Assembly (NCBI GenBank): GCA_025201805.1 | Contig: MU619247.1 | Span: 1-64,000, forward strand | Reading direction: 5' to 3' | Source of the DNA: Parasitella parasitica NRRL 2501 | Lineage: Eukaryota; Fungi; Mucoromycota | Length of the DNA stretch: 64,000 bases | In this document: piece by piece, positions 1-10,477 of the stretch | Position numbering within the stretch: the stretch's first letter is position 1 | Layout: the number at the start of each line of letters is the position of its first letter | Position numbers and translations under genes: made by a program | The notes under the pieces: generated by a model | Database searches by the model: none | The model's input: the letters and a program-made list of their open reading frames with translations, nothing else | What the model was told of the DNA's origin: nothing

Positions 1-1806
1 GCAGAGGGCTTGATCCAGAGGACTACGTTGAGGACGGAAGCCACCTTGAGCAATATCCAGAGCAGGGGAGTGTTCATCCAGAGCCGGCATGAGACAGAAC
101 TCAAACAACATACGCACCACCGAAGTGAGCGAAATTGGTCGATAGTTACCAGGATCTGAAGCATCACCCTTTTTGAAAATGGGAAACACCTGAGCTTGTC
201 GCCATAAACCAGGAGTATACGACCATTGGTAGCAGAGATTAAACAGCAGAGAGAGCACGGGGGCAATTTCTAAAACCAGAGCTTTTAACATCTCAGCTTT
301 GATGTGGTCGGGACCAGGAGCTTTATGCGTCGGCAGACGTTTAATACATGATACCAAGGTATCAGTATCAAACAAGGACATGTCCGCAGGGAGGCAGAAA
401 GGCAAATCAGAGACCATTGATGTAACAGAAGCAGGACGAGAAGCAGTATCTAATAGAGCACCATCGTAGACCGTAGCCAAATGAGAGCCCATAGTAGCAA
501 CAGAAGCAGCAGGACCGTCGGGGTGACTGTATGTAGATGAAGACTCTTTATAGCGTTTAATGCGTTTGATTGCAGCAGTAGCTTTTGAAAAGTCTCGTTC
601 CAGAGCACCACAGAACGCTTGCCACGACCGGCGCTTAGCAGCTTGTATCAGAGAGCGAAACCGTCGATGGGCTTGCTTGTATAAGACCCAGCAATCAATC
701 TTAGTATACCCTAAGGCATACCGCCATCGACTGTAAAGACGATCCCGTTCAGTAGCAGCATCTTGGATTTCTTGGGTCCAGTACTTCTTCCAATGGCCAG
801 GACGACCAGATTTCACACCTATTGAGCTATCCAAACATTCATACAAACATTGATTCAAAGAATCGTTGAGTGCATCTATGCCAGGACGAACGCCAGGGGG
901 AGCAGACACCAAACCAGACAGAGTACCAACCAGAGGAGACACTGAAGATCGAAAGGATTCACAGAGTAAGCCCAAAGGCTTCTCTTTCGTCAATTTCGAG
1001 AGCTTCCACTGACGCCTAGGAGCCAGACCAGTATCACCAGGAGCCACAGTTTCACCAACATCAGCCACATACCCAAAAGTAAGTGTCATCAATCGATGAT
1101 CAGAACCAAGAGACAAGTCAGACTCAACCACCAGCTGAGCATCCAAAAAGGCAGACTCCCCAATGTTTGTCAAGAACAGATCAATGATGCTACTCAATTC
1201 CTGCTGCTGCCGGAAAGAAGAGTATGTCTTCACACCAAACGCTAAAGATGCATTGAGTACAGACAAACAATGTTCATCAAACCAAGGTTTGAGAGCATTT
1301 CCTCGAGCATTGGAGATAGAATCCCCAGTCAAAGGACCCAACCTAGCATTAAAGTCGCCACACAGAACAGTATCTCGAGTCAGAGGCAGAGAGTTGAGAG
1401 TCGAGAGCACCCTATCAGATGATAGGGGTGGTGGTAGGTAAACACAATGAACCGTAAGGGTGCCAACCTTGAGGGACAGAGTGTGCGGGTTGTAGGACGG
1501 GAGTTGGGAGACCATAAAAGGACAAGAGGGAGAGACAAAAGCAGAGATACCACCAGAGCCACGGTTGAAAGCACCAGGTACTTTCGAACCATACAAGTGA
1601 TACTGAGACCAGTCAATTGGGTAAGAACCAGAAATGAGCCAAGTTTCAGTGACAAACAGAACATGAGTATCAAGAATATGAGAAATAACATCATGAACTG
1701 TTGTTTGACGAAGACCATTCGCATTCCATAGGGAGAGAGAGACAAAAACCGGGGGGACAGACACATTACTTACATTACCAGAACATGATTCATTGATGAG
1801 AGACAT
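1..1806 (-). CDS. LINE ORF2 (AP-like endonuclease + N-terminal part of reverse transcriptase), partial, runs off window
   Basis: Not in the ORF track because it has no stop in the window. Hand translation from ATG at 1806 gives 602 codons without a stop: WNANGL, FVTETW, VYLPP, CGDFNARLG, IIDLFL, GSDH (APE); KAPGPDHI, PIFKKGDASDPGNYRPISLTS, QGGFRPQRS (RT N-terminal motifs). Confidence 0.93.
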   Translation of the reverse strand, partial: MSLINESCSGNVSNVSVPPVFVSLSLWNANGLRQTTVHDVISHILDTHVLFVTETWLISGSYPIDWSQYHLYGSKVPGAFNRGSGGISAFVSPSCPFMVSQLPSYNPHTLSLKVGTLTVHCVYLPPPLSSDRVLSTLNSLPLTRDTVLCGDFNARLGPLTGDSISNARGNALKPWFDEHCLSVLNASLAFGVKTYSSFRQQQELSSIIDLFLTNIGESAFLDAQLVVESDLSLGSDHRLMTLTFGYVADVGETVAPGDTGLAPRRQWKLSKLTKEKPLGLLCESFRSSVSPLVGTLSGLVSAPPGVRPGIDALNDSLNQCLYECLDSSIGVKSGRPGHWKKYWTQEIQDAATERDRLYSRWRYALGYTKIDCWVLYKQAHRRFRSLIQAAKRRSWQAFCGALERDFSKATAAIKRIKRYKESSSTYSHPDGPAASVATMGSHLATVYDGALLDTASRPASVTSMVSDLPFCLPADMSLFDTDTLVSCIKRLPTHKAPGPDHIKAEMLKALVLEIAPVLSLLFNLCYQWSYTPGLWRQAQVFPIFKKGDASDPGNYRPISLTSVVRMLFEFCLMPALDEHSPALDIAQGGFRPQRSPLDQALC

Positions 1807-2723
1807 TAAAGCTCCATCTCAGAATCAGTGGAAGTACCACGGCGACGCTTGAACAGAAAAGCAGCCTTGGTGGGGTCTTTTTTCTTGAGTCGGTCCATAG
1901 CATCAGCAACAGCTTCGTCCAGTTCGGCTTGACCAATCCATCCGAGCTCCAAGAACCAACGGCCAACACTACTCACATTGAGTGGGCGGATGTGGGACAG
2001 GGCATCGACGCAACGAGTATTGACCATCTCAGCAGTGAGTTCCATACGATCGTGTTCAGTGTAGTCAGCGTACTTGGGATCGGCAATATTAGCAGGATTC
2101 AATGGGTCAAAATCAGCCAAGATTTCCGATCCACTTTCACGGAGCAGAGACAAGAATTCATTCACATATTGGGTATGTAGAAGAATACCAATAGCTTCAG
2201 ATGCAGGGAAGTTGATATCCAAGATACGAGAGGTATCCACACCAAGTTGTTTGAGTGTGCGTCGAATTTCAGAGCGTAAAATCTTACCAGATCTACCAAT
2301 ATAGACATATTGATATCCTTGGGGACCCTTTGTAGCAGACGTTTTGAAAAGACGACCAGCAGCCAACTTTCTCTTGGCAGCTTTGGTAGGGTCAGGGCGA
2401 TGAGAAGCCTTCTTAGCTATAGCAGTATAGCTAATAGTAGCAGGATCAGTAGTGGCAGTAGCAGTAGTGGTGGATCCAGATCCCCCCTTGGTGGGTGTGT
2501 GTTTAGCATATTCTTGTGACGTAGCCTGCAATTTTTCAATGACCAGATCCTTGTCTTGTAAAATTTTTTTCAATGTTTGGTTTTCCTTTTCCAAAGCATC
2601 GAGACGAGCCAAAATACCATCATGTTGATTAACACGTTCAGAGAGAGAGGCAAGTTGTTGTTGTAACTGTTGCATGATAACAGTAACCTGATTCATGTCG
2701 GTTGGGTGCTGAAACTCGGGCAT
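1806..2723 (-). CDS. LINE ORF1 protein (N-terminal coiled coil, putative nucleic-acid-binding domain, no CCHC knuckle visible)
   Basis: 305-aa intronless ORF directly upstream of ORF2; heptad-like segment QQLQQQLASLSERV...LEKENQTLKK, an SYTAIA motif and a basic region. Confidence 0.85.
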   Translation of the reverse strand: MPEFQHPTDMNQVTVIMQQLQQQLASLSERVNQHDGILARLDALEKENQTLKKILQDKDLVIEKLQATSQEYAKHTPTKGGSGSTTTATATTDPATISYTAIAKKASHRPDPTKAAKRKLAAGRLFKTSATKGPQGYQYVYIGRSGKILRSEIRRTLKQLGVDTSRILDINFPASEAIGILLHTQYVNEFLSLLRESGSEILADFDPLNPANIADPKYADYTEHDRMELTAEMVNTRCVDALSHIRPLNVSSVGRWFLELGWIGQAELDEAVADAMDRLKKKDPTKAAFLFKRRRGTSTDSEMEL

Positions 2724-2949
2724 ATTGCTGATTATTTTTTTAGAAATTGTTAGAGATCCAAAAAAATATGGAGGAGGTGTTCAATAAACTTGAAACTATA
2801 ACACAATAAACAGAGACTAAAGGCACGTATAATGGTATAGTTTTGGAGTTGATTGAGTTGCTGATTGTTGAGAAAATAGCGTTTTTCGTGGTTTCAAGAA
2901 GACTTTTTACGAAAAGGGTGGCAAAAAGTGTTGGAAAAACGAAAGAGAT

Positions 2950-3022
2950 GCCTGTTTGGCTCAGTTGGCAGAGCGTCTGCCTAGTAAGCAGAAGGTCAAT
3001 AGTTCGATTCTGTTAACAGGCA
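2950..3022 (+). tRNA. tRNA-Thr (anticodon AGT at 2983-2985), intronless
   Basis: Cloverleaf by hand: acceptor GCCTGTT/AACAGGC, D stem GCTC/GAGC, anticodon stem TCTGC/GCAGA with loop CTAGTAA, T arm AATAG-TTCGATT-CTGTT; 73 nt; A and B boxes present. Confidence 0.95.
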
Positions 3023-3025
3023 ATC

Positions 3026-3032
3026 TTTTTTT
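3026..3032 (+). terminator. RNA polymerase III terminator (T7) of tRNA-Thr
   Basis: Run of 7 T starting 4 nt after the discriminator base. Confidence 0.85.
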
Positions 3033-3110
3033 AAAAGATTTTTTTTCTAATCTGGAGGAGTTGTCAGTTGCTCACAGACTTTGTGTGTAACCTTTATCAT
3101 TAGTATTAGA

Positions 3111-4760
3111 TATTAGGGGTATTCAAATAGCAAAAAAAAAATTAAATAAAAAAAAAATAATTAAAATATTTCAGCCAATAGATTCGATATACAAGTGAAT
3201 ACCCCATTTTAATAAAAATTTGATGATTTTAATTAAAAATTTAAAAACAAGGAAGGAGCTTTGAAAATTGAGTAAATCTTTGAAGCGTCGGGAGACTGAT
3301 CCACTTCCTCACCATACATGGTGCCACCATGTTGTTTGGTTGGCTAGGTGGAGATGATCTGCCATAATTATAGACAGAAGATCATGACAATGAACTTCAA
3401 TTGAAGATTGAAGATTGTCCAATGATGTGATGTGATACGCTTGTGTAAANNNNNNNNNNNNNNNNNNNNNNNNNNNNNNNNNNNNNNNNNNNNNNNNNNN
3501 NNNNNNNNNNNNNNNNNNNNNNNNNNNNNNNNNNNNNNNNNNNNNNNNNNNNNNNNNNNNNNNNNNNNNNNNNNNNNNNNNNNNNNNNNNNNNNNNNNNN
3601 NNNNNNNNNNNNNNNNNNNNNNNNNNNNNNNNNNNNNNNNNNNNNNNNNNNNNNNNNNNNNNNNNNNNNNNNNNNNNNNNNNNNNNNNNNNNNNNNNNNN
3701 NNNNNNNNNNNNNNNNNNNNNNNNNNNNNNNNNNNNNNNNNNNNNNNNNNNNNNNNNNNNNNNNNNNNNNNNNNNNNNNNNNNNNNNNNNNNNNNNNNNN
3801 NNNNNNNNNNNNNNNNNNNNNNNNNNNNNNNNNNNNNNNNNNNNNNNNNNNNNNNNNNNNNNNNNNNNNNNNNNNNNNNNNNNNNNNNNNNNNNNNNNNN
3901 NNNNNNNNNNNNNNNNNNNNNNNNNNNNNNNNNNNNNNNNNNNNNNNNNNNNNNNNNNNNNNNNNNNNNNNNNNNNNNNNNNNNNNNNNNNNNNNNNNNN
4001 NNNNNNNNNNNNNNNNNNNNNNNNNNNNNNNNNNNNNNNNNNNNNNNNNNNNNNNNNNNNNNNNNNNNNNNNNNNNNNNNNNNNNNNNNNNNNNNNNNNN
4101 NNNNNNNNNNNNNNNNNNNNNNNNNNNNNNNNNNNNNNNNNNNNNNNNNNNNNNNNNNNNNNNNNNNNNNNNNNNNNNNNNNNNNNNNNTCCATTGGGAT
4201 ATGTTCCTGAATTGTGTTCAGGATTGAGTTTACTTGAGTTTGACTTCCGGTTGGGAAATTGACACATCAGTATCTTTAGTTTTCGTATCTCGTTAACCTT
4301 TGGTTTTTTTATTATCTTTTTGATCCAACAGGAGACATGCTGACGGCAAGGCGTTGCAACTCACTGGCAGCATCATTGCTGGTATGGTGGTAGCCTAATT
4401 TGGTTCTGTCAATGCCACGCACAGGACAGTGCCGGTCATGTCAGCAAGGATTCTCAAGTTGCTGATTGAGCAACACCCTGCTGCCCACGTTTTATGGAAG
4501 CAGAGTGGAGAGGACAGGACAAACGAGGATCCTAGTCTTGACAACAACCTTTTCGTGATTAGATGTATAGGGTGTTCTGGCCAATCATACATTTTGTTTT
4601 TATTTTAATTTAATTGAAGATTTTAAGAAGAAGCAAAACGGTCTTCTTAAAAAAAGCGAAAAATAAAAAAAATAATTAAAATTTACCCAATAAAATTGCT
4701 CAATTTTTTTTTTATTTAATTTAATTTTTTTATCATTTTGCTATTTGAATACCCCTAATA
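3111..4760. mobile_element. Putative TIR/fold-back element (spans assembly gap) with decayed minus-strand coding remnants
   Basis: Perfect 25-bp inverted repeat TATTAGGGGTATTCAAATAGCAAAA at 3111-3135 and 4736-4760, extending imperfectly into A-tracts; TA lies just outside GGGG...CCCC on both sides; interior mostly N. Confidence 0.5.
3450..4189. other. Assembly gap (N run)
   Basis: 740 N. Confidence 1.
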
Positions 4761-4888
4761 AAGGAGTCTTTTTATCTCATATAAAACATTTTACATACTT
4801 CCTGTTAGGTTAAAAAAGATGATAAAGTATCTTTAAGTTTTCGTATCTCGTTAACATTTGGTTTTTTATTATCTTTTTTAACCCAACA
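4269..4888 (+). repeat. ~62-bp imperfect direct repeat (4269-4330 and 4826-4888)
   Basis: AGTATCTTTA(A)GTTTTCGTATCTCGTTAAC(C/A)TTTGGTTTTTT(T)ATTATCTTTTT..CCAACA present twice. Confidence 0.9.
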
Positions 4889-5961
4889 AAGAGATGAAAG
4901 AAAGATGATTTTTATTCTTTTGTATTTTCATTGATATTTATCACACTCAAAGATTTTTTTATCGTTTTTGGTAATTTTTTACAACAATTTGCGTTTTAGA
5001 GGCGATAATTGGCTGAAATAAAGTTTATACTAAAAAATGCGTTACTAAAGGTCGAGTGTAATTGTTATGCGCAGAGGATATATAAATATGATCTGTGTTG
5101 TATCCATATAAAGGCTACATATGTCATATCTAACTTAGTCATAATGCACGGATCATGATATTAGTTGTTGGTAATTCTTTTACAAATAAGAAGGAATAAG
5201 CTACAAGTTGTAATTGGACCTCTTGCAAGGTTCCAGGCTTATTCAAAGAATACATCTAGATCAGATCGCGGGATGTTGGGAAGACATCCTACCCAATCTT
5301 CTCTTTAATGTAAAATAGAAAGATAGGTCTGTCCTGGAAATGCTGTGATTTAATAAGGTTTGACACTTCTTGTCAAACATCAGATGTTATGTGGATAAAC
5401 ATTGATTGGGATATATTTTAGTATAAATAGAGATCATGTCTTATGCCAATAAAAGTCTTCACTTTTGTATCTGGTTTTATTCAGAAAAGTCTTTATTACT
5501 TTATACAAATCATATTTACATAACGTTACGCTGCGCCCTTTGACACTGGCACAACATACATATATTATATAGCAAGTAATAACCCTGATAGCAATGTCAA
5601 CAATTAGATACACCAACCGTCCATTAACATAATACAGCATTCTACCCTTACTACTAGATAATTGTGCTCCATCACATCTGGCAGTATGTTAGATAAATAT
5701 ATATATATAACCTATTAACATCCACATATACGGTATATGTGTCACTTCATTAATCAACACGACAAAAACAAAGTACTTAATCAACTTAATATCTAAAAGG
5801 TAAATTCTTCAACTAAAAAAAACAAGGGAAAAATTGAATAGGCCAACTCCCTCTTAGTTTGCTCTGAAAACCCAAATGTCGGAGATTTACTAGCATTATT
5901 CGTCATGATAACCATTTTTTTTTATTAAAATTTGCAGAAATGCTTCACGAGATGAAAATAA

Positions 5962-8900
5962 CTAAAATAAAGCCCAACCATAAGGAGGTTGCCCTATAAG
6001 GTCCCACTTGTCATAATATTCAGCCCAAAGGGACCAGCCAAGTTCCCTCAACAGCTCGTTACGTGCAGCCCAAGCTTTGCTTATGTCCTTTACAGTGTCA
6101 GCGGTAAGTGAAGCATCAGCGATGTATTTTCGTACAGACTTGAGAGCAGAGCCAGGATGTCCAGCTTCACGGTCCCGCTTAACCTTGATAAGCAAAGACG
6201 ACAGGTTGCTAGAGCTATCATCAGATGTCCATTGTTGCAAAGAGCGAACGACAGCATCTAAGTCTTCGCAATACGTATCTTTATCCAAAACTGCAGCATA
6301 GGCCATTGCTTTATTCTTCAAAGCGTTTGTAAGCTGCTTCTTTTTATCATTGTTCTCCTTGCGTTGCTCTTTTTGCTGCTCGTTCTCATCGTCAGGTTTC
6401 TTACGACCATAAAATTCCAAAAGTTCCTTTTCATTAAACTTGGCAAGGATCTTTTCGGAAATCTTGATGATTTCCTCCAAATGCTCCTTTGATAATTGAC
6501 CAGGCTTTAATAAACAATCGACATTGGATTTTCCTTCTGAAGCTGCCCATATAGCATTTAACTTGGCTTCTAAAAAGACAACATCCTCAGGATATTTAGC
6601 TTCCAAATTCTTCAAGAGTTCCTTGTAAGCTTCAGAATCAGCGCTAAATTTCTTGAGGTACGAGATTTCCAAATCGCGAGCAGCGTCCTTTAACTTTTGG
6701 TTAAGTTCTTCATCCGTGGGCTTTTTGTCTTTCTTGTTTTTGTCATTCGATGGTTCGATAACAGCAGGAGGAATAATGTAAAGTGCATTGTATTGCCCAC
6801 CGTCAACGTTGGAAAGGAAGTTCAGTCTGCCAACCAACGCATCTCCAGGTTTGGCTTCTTTGGGGATGGCATCTTTTCCTGTAGGTGCAGCAATGTAAAA
6901 AACATTGGCATCTCTGCGCTCTAAAACGATCTTGCTGTAGTTTGAGCTAGTTTTTGTGAATACATCACCCATAGTTTGGAATGTATTAAAAGTTGTGCTC
7001 TTCGTGTTTGAATCCAGTTCCAAAATAGATTCTTTTAGCTTGGTCAAAGCAGACTCCATTTCGGTGGACAGCTGAAGCATGATAGTGTATTCGCCCTTTT
7101 GACTAAGCTTGATATCATGGCTAAAGACGTCAAGATGACCTACGACTTGCTTGTTGGCATCGTATATGATTCCGAAAACACCGGCCAAAAAGTGCTCATA
7201 CAGCTGATTCATCACAGTGGGGAACTTAGCTGTAATCGTGGTACTAGCGTCAATCTTGAAGTTATAAGTCAAGATAAGCTGGTATAACAAGTTGGAGTTT
7301 GGTAGCATATTACGATCAGGATGCATGGGGGAGATGACAGCTTCAGAGGGACGGATATACCTGCGCAACTTGTTGAAAGAAACGCTAATATTCAACTCGT
7401 CTTCTCTACGAATAGGACTTGATATGTCTAAACGTGTAACTTGAGGCTCCAAGTGAAGAGTGCTTTGTCCATTAGCAAGATTGCCGGCAATTTGAACACC
7501 ATGGAAGTTGAGGCTCAAATCAACAGCGTGCTGGCCAAGACCAGACCAGAACTGAGCTAGGGCAACTTCCAAATTAAAACCTCCACGAACAGCAAAGTGC
7601 TTTCTGATGACTTGATCGTCAGAGTCAGGGTTTCCAAAAGAACCAGCACCTAACATGAAATTATACGTCTGCTTTTTCTTTTGATTTTGCTTGGGAACAA
7701 GCTGCAAAAGGTGTAGGATAAATCTAGCAGGCGCAGTGTCAACAGGAGCGTGCGCTTTAATAACAAGTTCGCAACTAGTAGCGCCATCAGGCACTTGAAC
7801 AAAACGCCTGATAATATCACCAGGACCATATTCGACATTTTTGTATTGAATGAATCCTTGAGAGGGTATTGTAGGTTTGACAACAGCAACAGGTATGCTG
7901 AAAAGGGGGCCTCGTTCAGGAGCAGAAGTGTCATAACCAAGTACTTGGCCATAATGGAATTGGCTTTCACTCAGAGCTGTAGGATCCACTTTTACTTGGA
8001 ATGCATTGCCGCTGGAATGAAGATAAAGGTAGTCAGGAACAGTGATCCAGGATTCAGTTGCAACAAGTGCTACACGAGCTTCATATTCAAATTTGGCTTG
8101 ATTGTATTTAGGATCTTCCGGATCCGTTTCATTCATGAAATGAGGCTGGACCTTTGTAGTGATGTACTGAATTCGGCTTACTTCGTCCAATTCACGAAGA
8201 TAGATACCACGCTTATTACCTCTATTATAGACGGTAACCTAATCTGAAATGAGCTTCAAAGATACCATCATCATATTCAAAAATTAAAACTTACTCTGAA
8301 TAATAAGTCCAAGTCTTTATGCTCTTTATAGTTTTCCAAGTATTCCCAAGCCTTATCAACTTGAATAAATCCAACGCCCAGAGGATCATCCACGGATTTC
8401 CCTGTTTGAACAACAGCATTTTTCAATCTATAAGGCGTGTAGTCTTGATTTTCAGCCTTGAGAGCCGACACAAGCAAAGCGATACAACCGCATGCATTGG
8501 GACTGGACATACTTGTACCATTCTTCAAGTCGAGCTTATTCAAACCGTAGACAGGCACACTTGTGATAGCACTACCAGGAGCATAGATATCGACACCTTG
8601 ATAACCATCTGTAGTTGGGCCACGAGAGGACCAAGTAAATGGGCGTTCAGTAACCGACTCGAGAAGAGCGTATTCAGCTTGCATTTGAGCATGCTTGACA
8701 TAGGCACCAACAGTGATGAAACTGCTGTCCATACCAGCTGGAGCTCCAATAGAACTGTAGCAGGGCCCATCATTGCCAGCACTAGTTACAAAAATGCAAC
8801 CAGATTTACCAATAGCTTCTTGGGCCAAAAGCTTGATAAAATGACCATCAGTAGGAAGACTGGATGACTCCCCATAAGACATGTTGGCTAAGTCAATCTT

Positions 8901-10313
8901 GTGCTTGGCAAGGTGAGAGGCAGCACGAGTTAAACCAGGACCGGTTTCCATGGATCCAAGACGAGAGTCTCCTATACGAAGTGAGACAATTTGAGCACCA
9001 GGAGCAACCTATAGGTTGAATTAATACACGCTTTACAGAATTGGCATGGGATAACACTTACACCGTTCAAAGCAGGTTCATCTGGGAAATTAGCAGCAGT
9101 GATACCCGCAACGTGAGTACCATGGCTACCAGCTAATGTAACAATACTACCAGCAAAATTAATCGCCATTTCATATATTTACCTAGAACGTCTAGGGCCA
9201 AGCTTAGTTTACCTGAGAACATTGCCATTATTGTAAATATTAACCGAGAAATTAAGCAAATCTGCTTTTCCAAACGTATGGTACTTCAATTCCTTGCTGT
9301 AGTCTGTCAAACAAGGTTGATCTGTATTGTGGAAAAAAAAAAAAAAAAAATGATTGAGCGGCCCTGATTCCCTGTTTAAGCAACAATTTCCTTTTTCAGT
9401 TTGCGTACCTCTCAAATCTCCAGATTCATTTACATCAATAACAGCTCTCCAATCTTTACCATCGAAATATACGACGCAATCCAAAAGAATGCCGGGATCC
9501 TCATAATTCTTCTTCATATCCTTCAAGACTTCCACACGAGCTTCGAATTCTGATTTCACAGCCTCATCTGCCTTTTCGTCTTGCGCCTTCTTTTCAAAAT
9601 CTGCAAGCACTGCTTGTGCATCGCTTAGAAGGCCCGATTGTTTCTTCATGAAGTTCTGACGACGTTCCTATTGATAAAGACAATTACGATGGTTACTGTC
9701 CGCTATTGGAATCAGCTACTTACAGCCTTGATCCTTGTGCATAAATCATTGGGGAATAATTCGTATGCACGCTTAAGACCAATGCGATACTCATCACTGG
9801 GGTTTGTCCAATCACCCAAGATCAACTTGCGTCCACTCAAACCTTCGATTACCTTTTTCCCATCCTCGGTGGTTGGTTTCACGACTTTGGTAGTTTCAAC
9901 ATCACCTAGAAAGTGCGATGAATTGATGAGCCTATTTACCTCGACATGATCTGTTGCATGCGGTGTCTTACCTCCTCCAGTGCAATCAACGATATCAATT
10001 ATTTTGGGCTTTCCATCCGTGGTGACCTGGATTTCTATTGTGAGATAAAGCAATCTTCCAAACAGTCTTTCACCACTTCATTATTACCTGCATGCCAACT
10101 GCTCCAGGGTCAACGCCTACAAATGAAAAGTGAGTCTAGCGTTCATGCAGCAATTCTATAAAGTGCAGTACCAGTATCGAGAATAGCTATAACGGTGTTT
10201 CTACCGTCATAATTGGGATACTTTTTGATAAAGCTAGCAGCCTGAGTATCCTGCTTGGGCATTAGCCCATTCACCGGATACTCTGGAATAGATTTTATAG
10301 ACTTGAAAGTCAT
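5962..10313 (-). CDS. TPP2: Tripeptidyl-peptidase II (subtilisin S8 family), multi-exon
   Basis: Start [25 protein letters not shown]...[14 protein letters not shown]; GVDPGA; DCTGGGDV; catalytic [10 protein letters not shown] and [12 protein letters not shown]; long TPPII C-terminal region. Confidence 0.95.
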
Positions 10314-10477
10314 GTATAATTTTGATAAAAAAAAACGAAAGAAAGAAAAGTGATAATTGGATATTGGATATACAGTATTTATTTCTTGTTGTGGGACGGA
10401 CGCGCGTATGCAAAAAGGTGCAAAAGATGAAATCCCGATGCAAACGAAGGCTGGTCATATCCCGAAGCTAGAGATTG

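Larger units (their letters stand above)
1..2900 (-). mobile_element. Non-LTR (LINE-type, APE-encoding) retrotransposon, 5' portion; 3' part lies beyond the window start; 5' boundary approximate
   Basis: Two tandem intronless ORFs on the minus strand: ORF1 (305 aa), and ORF2 with APE endonuclease and start-of-RT motifs; ~200 nt putative 5' UTR upstream of 2723. Confidence 0.93.

Noticed and set aside
1163-2519. Short ORFs overlapping the LINE (plus strand, and 1380-1766 minus)
   Set aside because: Antisense or off-frame shadows of ORF1/ORF2; the real ORF2 frame carries all the motifs
3368-4267. Three long ORFs in the track spanning 3368-4267
   Set aside because: Artefacts of translating through the 740-N gap
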